Shown here piece after piece: positions 25,117 through 33,336 of a stretch of 33,336 nucleotides of DNA. The stretch comes from Gemmatimonadales bacterium. GTDB lineage: Bacteria > Gemmatimonadota > Gemmatimonadetes > Gemmatimonadales > GWC2-71-9. The translations under genes were made by a program, and so were the position numbers. Location: NCBI GenBank assembly GCA_041577295.1, contig JBFGJG010000047.1, positions 1-33,336 on the forward strand. The letters are read 5' to 3'. How positions within the stretch are numbered: the first letter of the stretch is position 1; every line of letters begins with the position of its first letter. The notes beneath the pieces are model-generated. The model had not been told where the DNA came from. It did no database searches and saw nothing but the letters and a program-made list of their open reading frames with translations.

Positions 25117-28075
25117 AGTTCACCCTCACCCCAATCCGCACCTTCCTGCCGGTCGATCGGCGCACCGTGGGCTCGCCGAAGTTTGGGTTGGTCACCAGGG
25201 GAACCGCCACGTCACCGGTGCCGGGATCGACGGCGAGTGCTCCGTTGGGATCGATGAGATAAAGGGCCCGATCGCGATCGGCCACGTCGGAGTCGATCAC
25301 GTTGAGCGCGTCGAGCACGAGCGCCACCGGGTACTTTTTCGTTGGGTGAACGGCGATACGGAAGTCGAGCGTGTGCACACCGGGCGCCCGGCACGAGTTG
25401 CGGTCGACAAAGCGTCCGTTTTGATCCTGCAAGCAGTCCCACGACGCGAACAGCTCCGTCATCCCGGGCAACGTCCCGTCCACGAACGCCGGGTCGTTGC
25501 GGGAGGAGCCGTCGCCGTTGGCATCGACACCATCGCGGAAGCCAGGGGTGAACGGCCGGCCCGACTGAAACCGATAGAACCCGGCAAGCCGTACACGGCC
25601 GAACTCGACGCCGAGGCCCCAGAGGAACCGGTGTGGAACGTCGAAGTCTGAGCGCCCTTCTGCCCAGTCTGCGCCGCTCAGGCTGTCGGGGAACGGACTC
25701 AGCTGCAGGTCCGGGCTCGCACCTCCGCCGCCCAGCCAATTGTCTTCGGTTCTGGAATAGGTATAGCTCGCCAGCATGGTGACCGAGCCGAAGCGCCGCT
25801 CCACCCGCGCTGTGAGGCCCCAATAGTCGGAGAATCCGTCCGGGTTCACCGCCGTGATGCGGGAGAACTCGTCGAACTGCCGGTTGGACCCTGGCGTCGC
25901 CGCGAGCAACGACCCGTCTTGTACGAGGTCGCCGTAAATCGGACGGCCAAACTGGTCGTTAGCGACGGGGAAGACCGGAAGGTTGAGATCGTGACGTCGC
26001 GGCAAGTAGTCCGTGTGGCGGTACACACCCGAGAGATGCAACGCGGTCGCCCGCCCCAAGGCTTTGGAGATCCCAAACGACCCACGCACACTGCGGGGTG
26101 CCTGAAAATCGGGGCCGAGAAGGGTGACCTGTTCACCGAGCTCCGGTGCGAGGGTACCATTGGGGATGTCCGGCCAATCGCTGAACGTGTCGATCCCCGT
26201 CCGGTCCATGTCACCTGTGCTCCGGGTTGCGAGCTCGGCCATGGTGGCCGGGTCCATCTGGCCGTGGTACACACCGAGTCCCGTCTCCACGATCCACTGC
26301 CCGGCTTCGTCCACGTTCCACGTGATGCCGATGCGTGGGCTCACCTTCAGCGTGCTCTCCTCGAAGACGTCGTTGGCCAAGCCGGTGCGTTCGAGGAGCG
26401 TGGCGTTGGGCGTGACCTCGTCAATCGGCAGGGACTCCATGTCCACGCGGATGCCCCCAAGGATCTCGACACCGGGAGCGGCCTTCCACGTGTCCTGAAT
26501 GAAGAACCCAATCTGAGATAATGAGAATCGCGCGGAGGGCGTGGATCCGCTGGACTGCATGAACACACCGGTGGCGGTCGAGAACTGGCTCAATCCACCA
26601 AAGTAAAACGCGCCACCGCGGTTGAAATCGTACTGATAATCCAGCGAGGAAACCGTACCCGCAGCACCGAGTTTGAAGCGGTGCTGACCGGCCTGCGCGT
26701 GGAAGACGGGCGTCAGGTGAAATGCCAGACGATCGAAGACGCCGGGCAGCGCCGGGTCGTCGCCAAAGGCAATCGGGCCTTCGGTGAGGAACGTGGCCGG
26801 AAACTCCGTGGTCTCATAATCCCGTTTGACCAGCTCAAACCCCAGACGAACCTCGATTCCCAGCGAGCGCGAGAGTTGCGACTTGAACGCGGCGGCAGCC
26901 GAAACGTCGGCCGCTTCAATCTCCGAACCGAGGTTGGGGATACTCCAGGGACCGAGCTCTGGGTTGCGCGTCGCGAAGCTCGCGACGTTGGTCCGCACGC
27001 TCACACTCGAGCGATCGCTGATCTGCCAATCAAAGCGCCCGAACAAAGACACCATCTCCGTTTCCATCTTGCGAGCGCCGATGTAGTCGGTGAGGTCCAC
27101 GCCAAAGCCGGCGGCCGTCGCGAGGACCTGATCGTCGAACGGCGTGGCCACCCAGGCGGGCGGGAGCGGCGTCTCGAAGCGACGGCCTTCCACGGCCACG
27201 GCAAAGTGCGCCGTATCGCGAATGACCGGACCGGCCAACATGACCCCGCCACGCAACGTGTTGTGCGAGAGATCGGCGGCATCGAAGTGTCGCGAGCTGG
27301 ACAGCGCGTTGCCACTCCAGTCGCCCAGGGCACGCACGCGGAACTCTCTGCTCCCCCGGTGCGTGTATCCGCTCAAGGTGCCGGACGCGAAGCCGCCCCA
27401 CTCGACGTCCAACCCGTTGGTGAGGAGTTGCGCATTGGACACACCAAGGAAGCCAAACGGCGCCGTGCGGTTGTGCATTGTCGCCAGAGCGGGGTGCGCC
27501 ACGCCGGACTGCGGGATACCATCGACCACCACGCCCGTGAAGCGTCCCGGCAGCCCTTCGGTCTCGAGCTCTTCGGTGGCCACGGTGGTGTACCGCGCCA
27601 GCTCAGCGAGATCGCGCTGGTCGTCCGGCATGACTTCGAGCTCGTGGTCAGCGAAGACCCATTCGGCGCCCGCCCGGCTCATCCCGTCGATGCCGGCGTC
27701 GTACTGCCGTACATCAGGACCCGTGATCGGGGGCACCATGGGTTGGAGTTGCACCGACAACGACACCTCGCGGCCTGGTCGGACCGCAATGCGTTGTATG
27801 GCAACAGGCCGGTAGCCCAATCGCTCGACCACCAACTCGTACGTTCCGGACTCGACGAACGCGAATTCGAACCGACCGTTTCGGCTCGTCTCCACCGCTC
27901 GCTCGAGCCCGCCCTCTGTCCGGAGCACTACCCGCGCGTCCCTCATAGGGACCGTCGCCTCGTTGCGCACGATCCCGGACAGGACACCCGCGGTGATGCT
28001 CTGAGCGTTGAGGGGAGCGGCGACCGCCGCCATCACCAGGAAAGAAGAAAGAATCCGCAGAGCGCTACCTCCCAA
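25109..28075 (-). CDS. TonB-dependent receptor, Oar-like, with N-terminal carboxypeptidase-regulatory-like domain
   Basis: ~988 aa; signal peptide (LNAQ), TSRNGRFEF..GTYELVVERLGY, FFIQDTW, SPRIGITW, SDFDVPHRF; start may be CTG 28060. Confidence 0.82.
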   Translation of the reverse strand: MGGSALRILSSFLVMAAVAAPLNAQSITAGVLSGIVRNEATVPMRDARVVLRTEGGLERAVETSRNGRFEFAFVESGTYELVVERLGYRPVAIQRIAVRPGREVSLSVQLQPMVPPITGPDVRQYDAGIDGMSRAGAEWVFADHELEVMPDDQRDLAELARYTTVATEELETEGLPGRFTGVVVDGIPQSGVAHPALATMHNRTAPFGFLGVSNAQLLTNGLDVEWGGFASGTLSGYTHRGSREFRVRALGDWSGNALSSSRHFDAADLSHNTLRGGVMLAGPVIRDTAHFAVAVEGRRFETPLPPAWVATPFDDQVLATAAGFGVDLTDYIGARKMETEMVSLFGRFDWQISDRSSVSVRTNVASFATRNPELGPWSIPNLGSEIEAADVSAAAAFKSQLSRSLGIEVRLGFELVKRDYETTEFPATFLTEGPIAFGDDPALPGVFDRLAFHLTPVFHAQAGQHRFKLGAAGTVSSLDYQYDFNRGGAFYFGGLSQFSTATGVFMQSSGSTPSARFSLSQIGFFIQDTWKAAPGVEILGGIRVDMESLPIDEVTPNATLLERTGLANDVFEESTLKVSPRIGITWNVDEAGQWIVETGLGVYHGQMDPATMAELATRSTGDMDRTGIDTFSDWPDIPNGTLAPELGEQVTLLGPDFQAPRSVRGSFGISKALGRATALHLSGVYRHTDYLPRRHDLNLPVFPVANDQFGRPIYGDLVQDGSLLAATPGSNRQFDEFSRITAVNPDGFSDYWGLTARVERRFGSVTMLASYTYSRTEDNWLGGGGASPDLQLSPFPDSLSGADWAEGRSDFDVPHRFLWGLGVEFGRVRLAGFYRFQSGRPFTPGFRDGVDANGDGSSRNDPAFVDGTLPGMTELFASWDCLQDQNGRFVDRNSCRAPGVHTLDFRIAVHPTKKYPVALVLDALNVIDSDVADRDRALYLIDPNGALAVDPGTGDVAVPLVTNPNFGEPTVRRSTGRKVRIGVRVNYE

Positions 28076-28170
28076 GTCAGCGTCCGGCTATACTGGGCCG
28101 GGCCCACTCGGGCCCGATCCGACCATCCGTTGCCGGGAATGCAAGCCTAACGCCCGCCCGCCTCGCGGGT

Positions 28171-28186
28171 TGTGACATTTCTCAAC
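28171..28186. promoter_or_regulatory. Possible CRP/FNR-family site
   Basis: TGTGA-catttc-TCAAC, near TGTGA-N6-TCACA, in the divergent intergenic region. Confidence 0.25.
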
Positions 28187-28259
28187 TTTCTGCATTGGAA
28201 GGGGTTATGGAGCTAGCGGGATCTCGTTGGATGGTAGGGTGTTGCGGGGACACAACAGG

Positions 28260-28316
28260 GGCAGCGGAGGCAGCGGCTCTCAACGACCCACGGTGGTTTC
28301 TGCCTCTCCCGCCGCT
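28260..28316. repeat. Short inverted pair of the GCAG/CTGC 9-bp family
   Basis: GGCAGCGGA GGCAGCGGC facing TCTGCCTCTCCCGCCGC. Confidence 0.45.
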
Positions 28317-28334
28317 CGTGTCATCTAACTAGTC

Positions 28335-29549
28335 ATGGCTGTCTCATTCCGAGTCCTCCTTGGCCGCAGCCTTGTCATCGCCCCCCTTCTGGTAATCGCC
28401 CTCTCCACGCTCATCCCTACTACCGACGCCAACGAAGACTGGACCTTCTGGTGTGTGGTCTGTGGCGATCACGGCGCCTCGGACACCCTTGCCAACATCA
28501 TCCTCTTCGTACCGCTCGGCCTGGGGCTCGGCTTGCTGAGGTGGCGCACGGTTCCCGCATGGTTGTTTGGGACCGGACTGTCGACCGCCATCGAGCTGGC
28601 CCAGCTGATGATTCCCGGACGCTGGCCGTCGATTGGCGACATGGTCTTCAACGGTGTGGGGACGGCCGTGGGGTGTTTTCTGGTGGTCATGGCTCCACGG
28701 TGGCTTTCGCCGCCAACGCGGAGCGCGCCGTGGTGGTCGCTGGCCGCTGGTGGGCTGGCAGGCCTCACCTTCGTCATGACGGCCTTCATGTTCGCACCGT
28801 CTTTCCCCCGCACGGTCTACTGGGGACAGTGGACGCCGACGCTCGAGGGGCTCGAGCTGTACGACGGTGAAGTACTCGACGCCGCGGTCGGGGACATTCC
28901 ATTGCCCTCCCGCCGCCTGGCGAACTCTGACACCGTGCGCACATTGCTGCTCGCAGGCGCACCGCTACGCGTCACCGCGATCGCCGGACCGGCGCCGCCG
29001 GGCCTCGCCTCCATCGTGAGCATCGCCGAGCAAGACAACAAACAAATCCTGCTCATCGGCCCGGACTTCGACGATCTGATCTTTCTCCACAGAACCGTCT
29101 CCAATCGCGTCTCGCTGACACACCCAACCTTCGAGCTCGAGCAGTGGCTGGTGAGCGTGGTGCCGGGGGATACCCTCCGCATCGCCGTTCAGCGCCGTGA
29201 TGAGTCGTACTGCGTGACCCTCAACGCCCGCACTGAGTGTGCCGGTTACACCGTGGGCGAAGGGTGGTCGATCATTCACAACCTGGAGGTGTTCCCCTGG
29301 CTCCCGCGAAACCTCGTGAGCCTCCTGTGGCTTGCAGGCGTCGCCCTGCCCTTTGGTCTGTGGGCACGACCCCATCCGGCAACGTGGGCGGGAGGAGTAA
29401 TCACCCTGCTTGCCTTGGGACTCACGCCGTTCGCGACAGGACTTTTGTTGGTGACGCCCGCGTATCAGTGGTTTGCGGTATTGGCGGGGGTGGCGTTTGG
29501 AATGGCGGTGGCGGGGAGTTGGAGGGAACGGAGAAACAAGAAGCAGTAG
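28335..29549 (+). CDS. VanZ-family membrane protein with an extended soluble domain
   Basis: DTLANIILFVPLG and STAIELAQLMIPGRWPSIGDMVFNGVG VanZ motifs; extra TM helices at the C-terminus. Confidence 0.8.
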   Translation: MAVSFRVLLGRSLVIAPLLVIALSTLIPTTDANEDWTFWCVVCGDHGASDTLANIILFVPLGLGLGLLRWRTVPAWLFGTGLSTAIELAQLMIPGRWPSIGDMVFNGVGTAVGCFLVVMAPRWLSPPTRSAPWWSLAAGGLAGLTFVMTAFMFAPSFPRTVYWGQWTPTLEGLELYDGEVLDAAVGDIPLPSRRLANSDTVRTLLLAGAPLRVTAIAGPAPPGLASIVSIAEQDNKQILLIGPDFDDLIFLHRTVSNRVSLTHPTFELEQWLVSVVPGDTLRIAVQRRDESYCVTLNARTECAGYTVGEGWSIIHNLEVFPWLPRNLVSLLWLAGVALPFGLWARPHPATWAGGVITLLALGLTPFATGLLLVTPAYQWFAVLAGVAFGMAVAGSWRERRNKKQ

Positions 29550-29616
29550 AGGCAGGAGAGGCAGGCAATTTGGAATGGAGATCTTCTGCCTCTGCTGCCT
29601 CCCCTGCCTCTCTGCC
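29543..29616. repeat. Inverted pair of 9-bp GCAGNAGAG tandem repeats between convergent genes
   Basis: GCAGTAGAG GCAGGAGAG GCAG facing CTGCCTCTG CTGCCTCCC CTGCCTCT CTGCC; touches both stop codons. Confidence 0.85.
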
Positions 29617-30263
29617 TACGGCAGATACACCGCAAAGGCTTCGTCGCTACACGTATTTGGTCCCGGCTGGCCCAGTCGAGGGTCGTCCGGCAGCCCATCG
29701 AAGCTGCACCCACCATTGAACGTGGTGGTCATGTCCGTGCGGCCGGGAATCCACGGACCGTGGCTGCGCACGATCGCATGGATCTCAGCAACCCGGGCGT
29801 CGATCAGTCCGGGGGCTGGGAATCCGAAAATCTCCCACAAGGATCCGCTGTTGTCGCCAGCCTTGTAGCGACCTTGGACCCGTAAGGAGCCCGATCCGTC
29901 CGAGACGCCACCGGTGGCGTACACGACATCCGGAACAGCCGCGTCGCCAAACAGGTCATCTTCACCGCACTCGCCGGTGCACCCTGCGGGGTTGTTGAAG
30001 ATCACAAGCCAGATCGAAGCGGCGGTATTCGGCTCCATGTCCGCCGAGAGTTGGAGCGATACGCCTCTCGGCTGACGCAGGAGCTGTGACGAGCCGATGA
30101 CGATATTCGGATCGGCGAACGTCACCACGGGGGCCTTGGAGACGGCGGATGTCGGCACCGCGTGCAGATCTGCGGTGGCGCCGTCCGGGGAGACGACGGT
30201 GTTGTCGCTACAGCCTAAGAGCGCGACTGCACCGATCGCCACGAGGGAAAGTGTGGCTTGCAT
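29616..30263 (-). CDS. Hypothetical lipoprotein
   Basis: Lipobox LLGC, GGAGG RBS, four further Cys (CTGEC, GGC...NTC). Confidence 0.75.
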   Translation of the reverse strand: MQATLSLVAIGAVALLGCSDNTVVSPDGATADLHAVPTSAVSKAPVVTFADPNIVIGSSQLLRQPRGVSLQLSADMEPNTAASIWLVIFNNPAGCTGECGEDDLFGDAAVPDVVYATGGVSDGSGSLRVQGRYKAGDNSGSLWEIFGFPAPGLIDARVAEIHAIVRSHGPWIPGRTDMTTTFNGGCSFDGLPDDPRLGQPGPNTCSDEAFAVYLP

Positions 30264-30270
30264 TTGAGCA

Positions 30271-30314
30271 CCTCCAAGTAGAGGGGTTGGCGGGGAGTCT
30301 CTACTTGGTGGAGG
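30271..30314 (-). promoter_or_regulatory. 5' UTR hairpin covering the RBS of the lipoprotein gene
   Basis: CCAAGTAGAG (30274-30283) and CTCTACTTGG (30299-30308) form a perfect inverted repeat running into the GGAGG. Confidence 0.5.
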
Positions 30315-30395
30315 CGCAGGGGGGGTGTAGAGGGGCTCATTGGGAAGTGGCGAGGAGCGGCATTGGCCGGATCAGCCACAGCAGCGGGATCAGAG

Positions 30396-30424
30396 TTCAC
30401 CCCCATCCCGCCGCGAGCTATACT
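30396..30424 (+). promoter_or_regulatory. Putative sigma-70 promoter
   Basis: TTCACC-17 nt-TATACT upstream of ATG 30468. Confidence 0.45.
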
Positions 30425-30467
30425 ACCAGCACTAACTCGCCCACTTTCCTCGAAGAGCCAGCCACCT

Positions 30468-31175
30468 ATGCCAGCAAACCGCGACGTCATCTTCCAGGTC
30501 TTCGGCGAAGGCACCGGTGTCCACTACGACCAAATCGTCGAGGTCACCACCAGGGGTAGGGATCGTGTGTGGAAGGAGGCGTTGCTCGCGCGTATCGAGC
30601 ATCCGAAGCGCGTGCTCGATCTCGCGTGCGGGACGGGCATTCTGACCTTCATGCTGCGCGACCGGTTTCCGGATGCGCGAGTCGTTGGTGTCGACATCAA
30701 TGAGGAGTACCTGGCCGTGGCGCGGCAGCGTGCGAAGGAGCGCAGGGACGACAAAGTGCAGTTCGTCGTGAGCCCAGCGGAGGAAGTAGCGCTCGAGGGT
30801 ACCTTCGACGTCATCATGACGTGCTACTTGCCCAAGTACGCTGATCTCTCCCGCCTCGTGCCGCAGCTCTGCACCCATCTCGAGGAAGGCGGGCTCATGA
30901 TCATGCAGGACTTCGTCTACCCGCAGGATCGGGCCGTAGCCTGGGCGTGGGAGTATCGCTATGCAGAGTGCAAACGGTGGGCGGAGGAAAACTTGCCGAG
31001 CGCGGTCGGGATGTTCGAGGCGCTACCGCCGGTGATTCGGGAGTCGAACTGGCTGGAGGAGTTGACCGCGCTCATGCAGGAAAACGGTATCTCGAACGTC
31101 GAGCGTGAAATGTTCGATCGCGGCAGTGCTGCGATCGTGTGGGGGCGAAAGCAGGAGAGACAGAAAAGGCAGTAG
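30468..31175 (+). CDS. Class I SAM-dependent methyltransferase (UbiE-like)
   Basis: YDQIV..TTRGRDRVWK, VLDLACGTG, VGVDI, FDVI; start reset to ATG 30468. Confidence 0.83.
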   Translation: MPANRDVIFQVFGEGTGVHYDQIVEVTTRGRDRVWKEALLARIEHPKRVLDLACGTGILTFMLRDRFPDARVVGVDINEEYLAVARQRAKERRDDKVQFVVSPAEEVALEGTFDVIMTCYLPKYADLSRLVPQLCTHLEEGGLMIMQDFVYPQDRAVAWAWEYRYAECKRWAEENLPSAVGMFEALPPVIRESNWLEELTALMQENGISNVEREMFDRGSAAIVWGRKQERQKRQ

Positions 31176-31220
31176 AGGCAGGGTTCGGAAGTCCTGCCTC
31201 TTCTGCCTTGCTGCCTCTTC
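31151..31220. repeat. Inverted pair of 9-bp GCAGNAGAG tandem repeats between convergent genes
   Basis: GCAGGAGAG ACAGAAAAG GCAGTAGAG GCAGG facing CCTGCCTCT TCTGCCTTG CTGCCTCTT; core stem AGAGGCAGG/CCTGCCTCT. Confidence 0.85.
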
Positions 31221-31222
31221 TT

Positions 31223-31381
31223 CTAAAAGATGGTGTAGATAAACGGCGCCAGTGCCGATCCCTGCGCCAACACCAGCAGCGACCCCACGAACAGCATCAC
31301 GATGATGATCGGGAGAAGCCACCACTTCTTGCGGGTTTTCAGAAAACCCCAGAATTCACGAATGAGCGTTGCTGTGGCCAT
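31223..31381 (-). CDS. DUF5989/SxtK-like small membrane protein (52 aa), absent from the ORF track
   Basis: Translated by hand: MATATLIREFWGFLKTRKKWWLLPIIIVMLFVGSLLVLAQGSALAPFIYTIF; GAGGAG RBS; RKKWWL.P and APFIYT.F signature. Confidence 0.9.
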   Translation of the reverse strand: MATATLIREFWGFLKTRKKWWLLPIIIVMLFVGSLLVLAQGSALAPFIYTIF

Positions 31382-31401
31382 TTGATTGATCTCCTCTGTA
31401 A

Positions 31402-31426
31402 CCCTCTATCCCGTCTATCCCCTCTA
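31402..31426. repeat. Tandem 9-bp repeat of the GGGATAGAG family
   Basis: CCCTCTATC CCGTCTATC CCCTCTA; includes the SxtJ-like gene's stop. Confidence 0.7.
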
Positions 31427-31834
31427 GTACTGATTCTCCATCCCACCCGTTTTGATCTTCTCATCCGCCCTCACCACCCACAGGCTTCCGTTGTGCTCCA
31501 CGCGTACGAGCGGGTTGCCCTTGATCGTTCGCACCACGAACCCAATAGGGGCCAGCACGAGGAAGTAGACGATGCCCATCACGATCGGCGTCGTGACCTT
31601 CGAGATCTTGTGGGCCATGGCCATCCAGGCCCGCTCGATCGGTCCTAGCTTGCTGGGGATGAGCAGCCCACCGAGCACCAGTAATCCACCGAGGCTCCCC
31701 GTGACGTAGGCCACCGTCATGTGATCCCGCCACACCACGATCCCGGTCAGCGCCAGGAAGGCGATCCCGACCGTGAGGCCGAACTTTCTTCCCTGGGCTT
31801 TCTTGCTCAATCCAGGACGAACTCTTTCCGCCAA
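31424..31834 (-). CDS. SxtJ-family membrane protein
   Basis: GRKFGLTVG, AWMAMAHKISKVTTPIVMGIVYFLVLAPIG, MENQY end; likely TTG start at 31834 after GGAG (alternative ATG 31852). Confidence 0.85.
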   Translation of the reverse strand: MAERVRPGLSKKAQGRKFGLTVGIAFLALTGIVVWRDHMTVAYVTGSLGGLLVLGGLLIPSKLGPIERAWMAMAHKISKVTTPIVMGIVYFLVLAPIGFVVRTIKGNPLVRVEHNGSLWVVRADEKIKTGGMENQY

Positions 31835-33336
31835 TCTCCCTCCTCTTGCCATTCCGGCTGCTCTTTCTTGTCGAGCAAAAACGGTCCCAGGACCAGGTAA
31901 TCGATGTGGGTCCGCATGAAGCAGCGGTACGCGTCTTCAGGCGTGCAGACGATCGGCTCGCCGCGGACGTTGAACGACGTATTTACCACGACCGGACAAC
32001 CGGTGAGGCATTCGAACTGCTTGATTAGATCGTAGTAGTCCGGGTTCGTCTCGTGACTGACCGTCTGCACTCTCGCCGAGTAGTCGATGTGCGTGACGGC
32101 CGGAATGTCGGACCGAGGAATGTTGAGCTTGTCGATGCCCCATAAGCTTGTCTGCTCCTTCGTCATGGGGATCTGGCGCTCTTGCTTGACCGGAGCGACC
32201 AGCAACATGTACGGCGAATCACAGTCCATCTCGAAGTAGTCGCTGACCCGATCTCGCAACACACTCGGCGCGAACGGCCGGAACCCTTCACGGAACTTGA
32301 TCTTCAGGTTGACCTGCTTCTGCATGCGTGGGCTGCGCGCATCCGCCAAAATCGTGCGGGATCCGAGCGCACGCGGCCCGAACTCCATCCGCCCGTTGTA
32401 CCATCCCACCACGTTCTCTTGCGACAGGATCTGCGCAGCCCTCGCGAGCAGCTCCCGTCGCTCGAGCTTGTGATACTTGGCACCGACGGACTTCAGGTAG
32501 CTCTCGATCTGCTGCTCGGAAAAGCCGGGTCCGAGGTAGGCGCCCCTCATCGAGTCTTTTCCTGGCGTCACCGTCCGCGCCTGCTTCAGGTAACGGTGCC
32601 AGATGAGTTGGGCGATGCCTAGGGCGCCGCCCGCATCGCCCGCGGCCGGCTGGATCCAGATGTTCTTGAACGGTCCGTCGCGCAGAATGCGTCCGTTCCC
32701 CACGCAGTTGAGCGCTACGCCACCCGCCATGCACAGGTTCTCGAGGCCCGTCTCTTTGTGGACGGTCCGCGCCATCCGGAGCATGACCTCCTCACACACT
32801 TCCTGGACCGAGCGTGCCAAGTCCATCTCACGCTGGGTGATCTTCGTCTCGGGCTGACGCGGTGGGCCTCCGAACAGCTTGTCAAAGGCGCCGTTGGTCA
32901 TTGTGAGCCCGGTGAGGTAGTTGAAGTACTTCTGGTTGAGCTTGAACGACCCGTCTTCTTTGAGGTCGATCAGCTCGCTGAGAATCAGATCGACGTACTT
33001 GGGCTCACCGTACGGTGCCAGCCCCATCACCTTGTACTCGCCCGAGTTGACCTTGAAGCCGGTGAAATACGTGAACGCCGAATAGAGCAAGCCGAGCGAG
33101 TCCGGCCAGCGGATCTCTTTGAACAGCTCGATGTCGTTGCCGCGACCCACGCCGAAGGATGCAGTCGCCCACTCCCCCACCCCATCCATCGTGAGAATCC
33201 CTGCCTCTTCGAACGGCGACGGGAAGAACGCGCTCGCGGCGTGCGACTCGTGGTGCTCCGCGTACAGCACCTCACCCTCATACCCCAACCCTTCACGGAT
33301 CTGCTTCTCCATGTACAGCTTGTCTTTGATCCACAG
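31807..33336 (-). CDS. Carbamoyltransferase (NodU/CmcH family), 5' end outside the window
   Basis: HHESHAASAFF, GEYKVMGLAPYG, GGVALN, EFGPRALG, IKFREGFRPFAP, NTSFNVRGEPIV; frame open to the window edge. Confidence 0.95.
   Translation of the reverse strand: MWIKDKLYMEKQIREGLGYEGEVLYAEHHESHAASAFFPSPFEEAGILTMDGVGEWATASFGVGRGNDIELFKEIRWPDSLGLLYSAFTYFTGFKVNSGEYKVMGLAPYGEPKYVDLILSELIDLKEDGSFKLNQKYFNYLTGLTMTNGAFDKLFGGPPRQPETKITQREMDLARSVQEVCEEVMLRMARTVHKETGLENLCMAGGVALNCVGNGRILRDGPFKNIWIQPAAGDAGGALGIAQLIWHRYLKQARTVTPGKDSMRGAYLGPGFSEQQIESYLKSVGAKYHKLERRELLARAAQILSQENVVGWYNGRMEFGPRALGSRTILADARSPRMQKQVNLKIKFREGFRPFAPSVLRDRVSDYFEMDCDSPYMLLVAPVKQERQIPMTKEQTSLWGIDKLNIPRSDIPAVTHIDYSARVQTVSHETNPDYYDLIKQFECLTGCPVVVNTSFNVRGEPIVCTPEDAYRCFMRTHIDYLVLGPFLLDKKEQPEWQEEGDWRKEFVLD

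Noticed and set aside
28140..28157. Minus-strand GGGCGTTAGGCTTGCA before the TonB receptor
   Set aside because: Spacing is correct but the -24 box is poor; too weak to call.
28232..28245. TGGTAGGGTGTTGC as a sigma-54 promoter for VanZ
   Set aside because: Spacing is 9 rather than 10.
31223..33336. Saxitoxin biosynthesis
   Set aside because: Only the widespread sxtI/J/K-like triad is present; no sxtA/sxtG-like core genes seen.

Overview
GC-rich (roughly 60-65% by eye) bacterial DNA; the gene set suggests a Gram-negative organism, possibly Gemmatimonadota-like (inference only). About 190-23900 is a surface-polysaccharide tailoring locus of the exosortase A/PEP-CTERM-associated type. It has a Wzx flippase, an O-antigen ligase/polymerase-family protein and only one glycosyltransferase. 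It also has a dense set of decorating enzymes: FkbH + ACP, a MaoC dehydratase-SDR fusion, an EgsA/AraM-type glycerol-phosphate dehydrogenase + cytidylyltransferase + TagF-like transferase, a sulfotransferase, two polysaccharide deacetylases, five GNAT/FemAB-fold proteins, a hexapeptide acetyltransferase, an SGNH protein, a DegT aminotransferase and a methyltransferase. Several of its transcription units start with exactly spaced sigma-54 (-24/-12) motifs, one of them palindromic between divergent genes. To the right are a TonB-dependent receptor-lipoprotein pair, a VanZ protein, a lipoprotein, a methyltransferase and a carbamoyltransferase-SxtJ-DUF5989 triad cut by the window edge. Many intergenic regions carry short 7- or 9-bp tandem repeats, often as inverted pairs that overlap stop codons. 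No rRNA, tRNA, CRISPR array or mobile element was seen. All calls come from reading motifs by eye; no searches were run.
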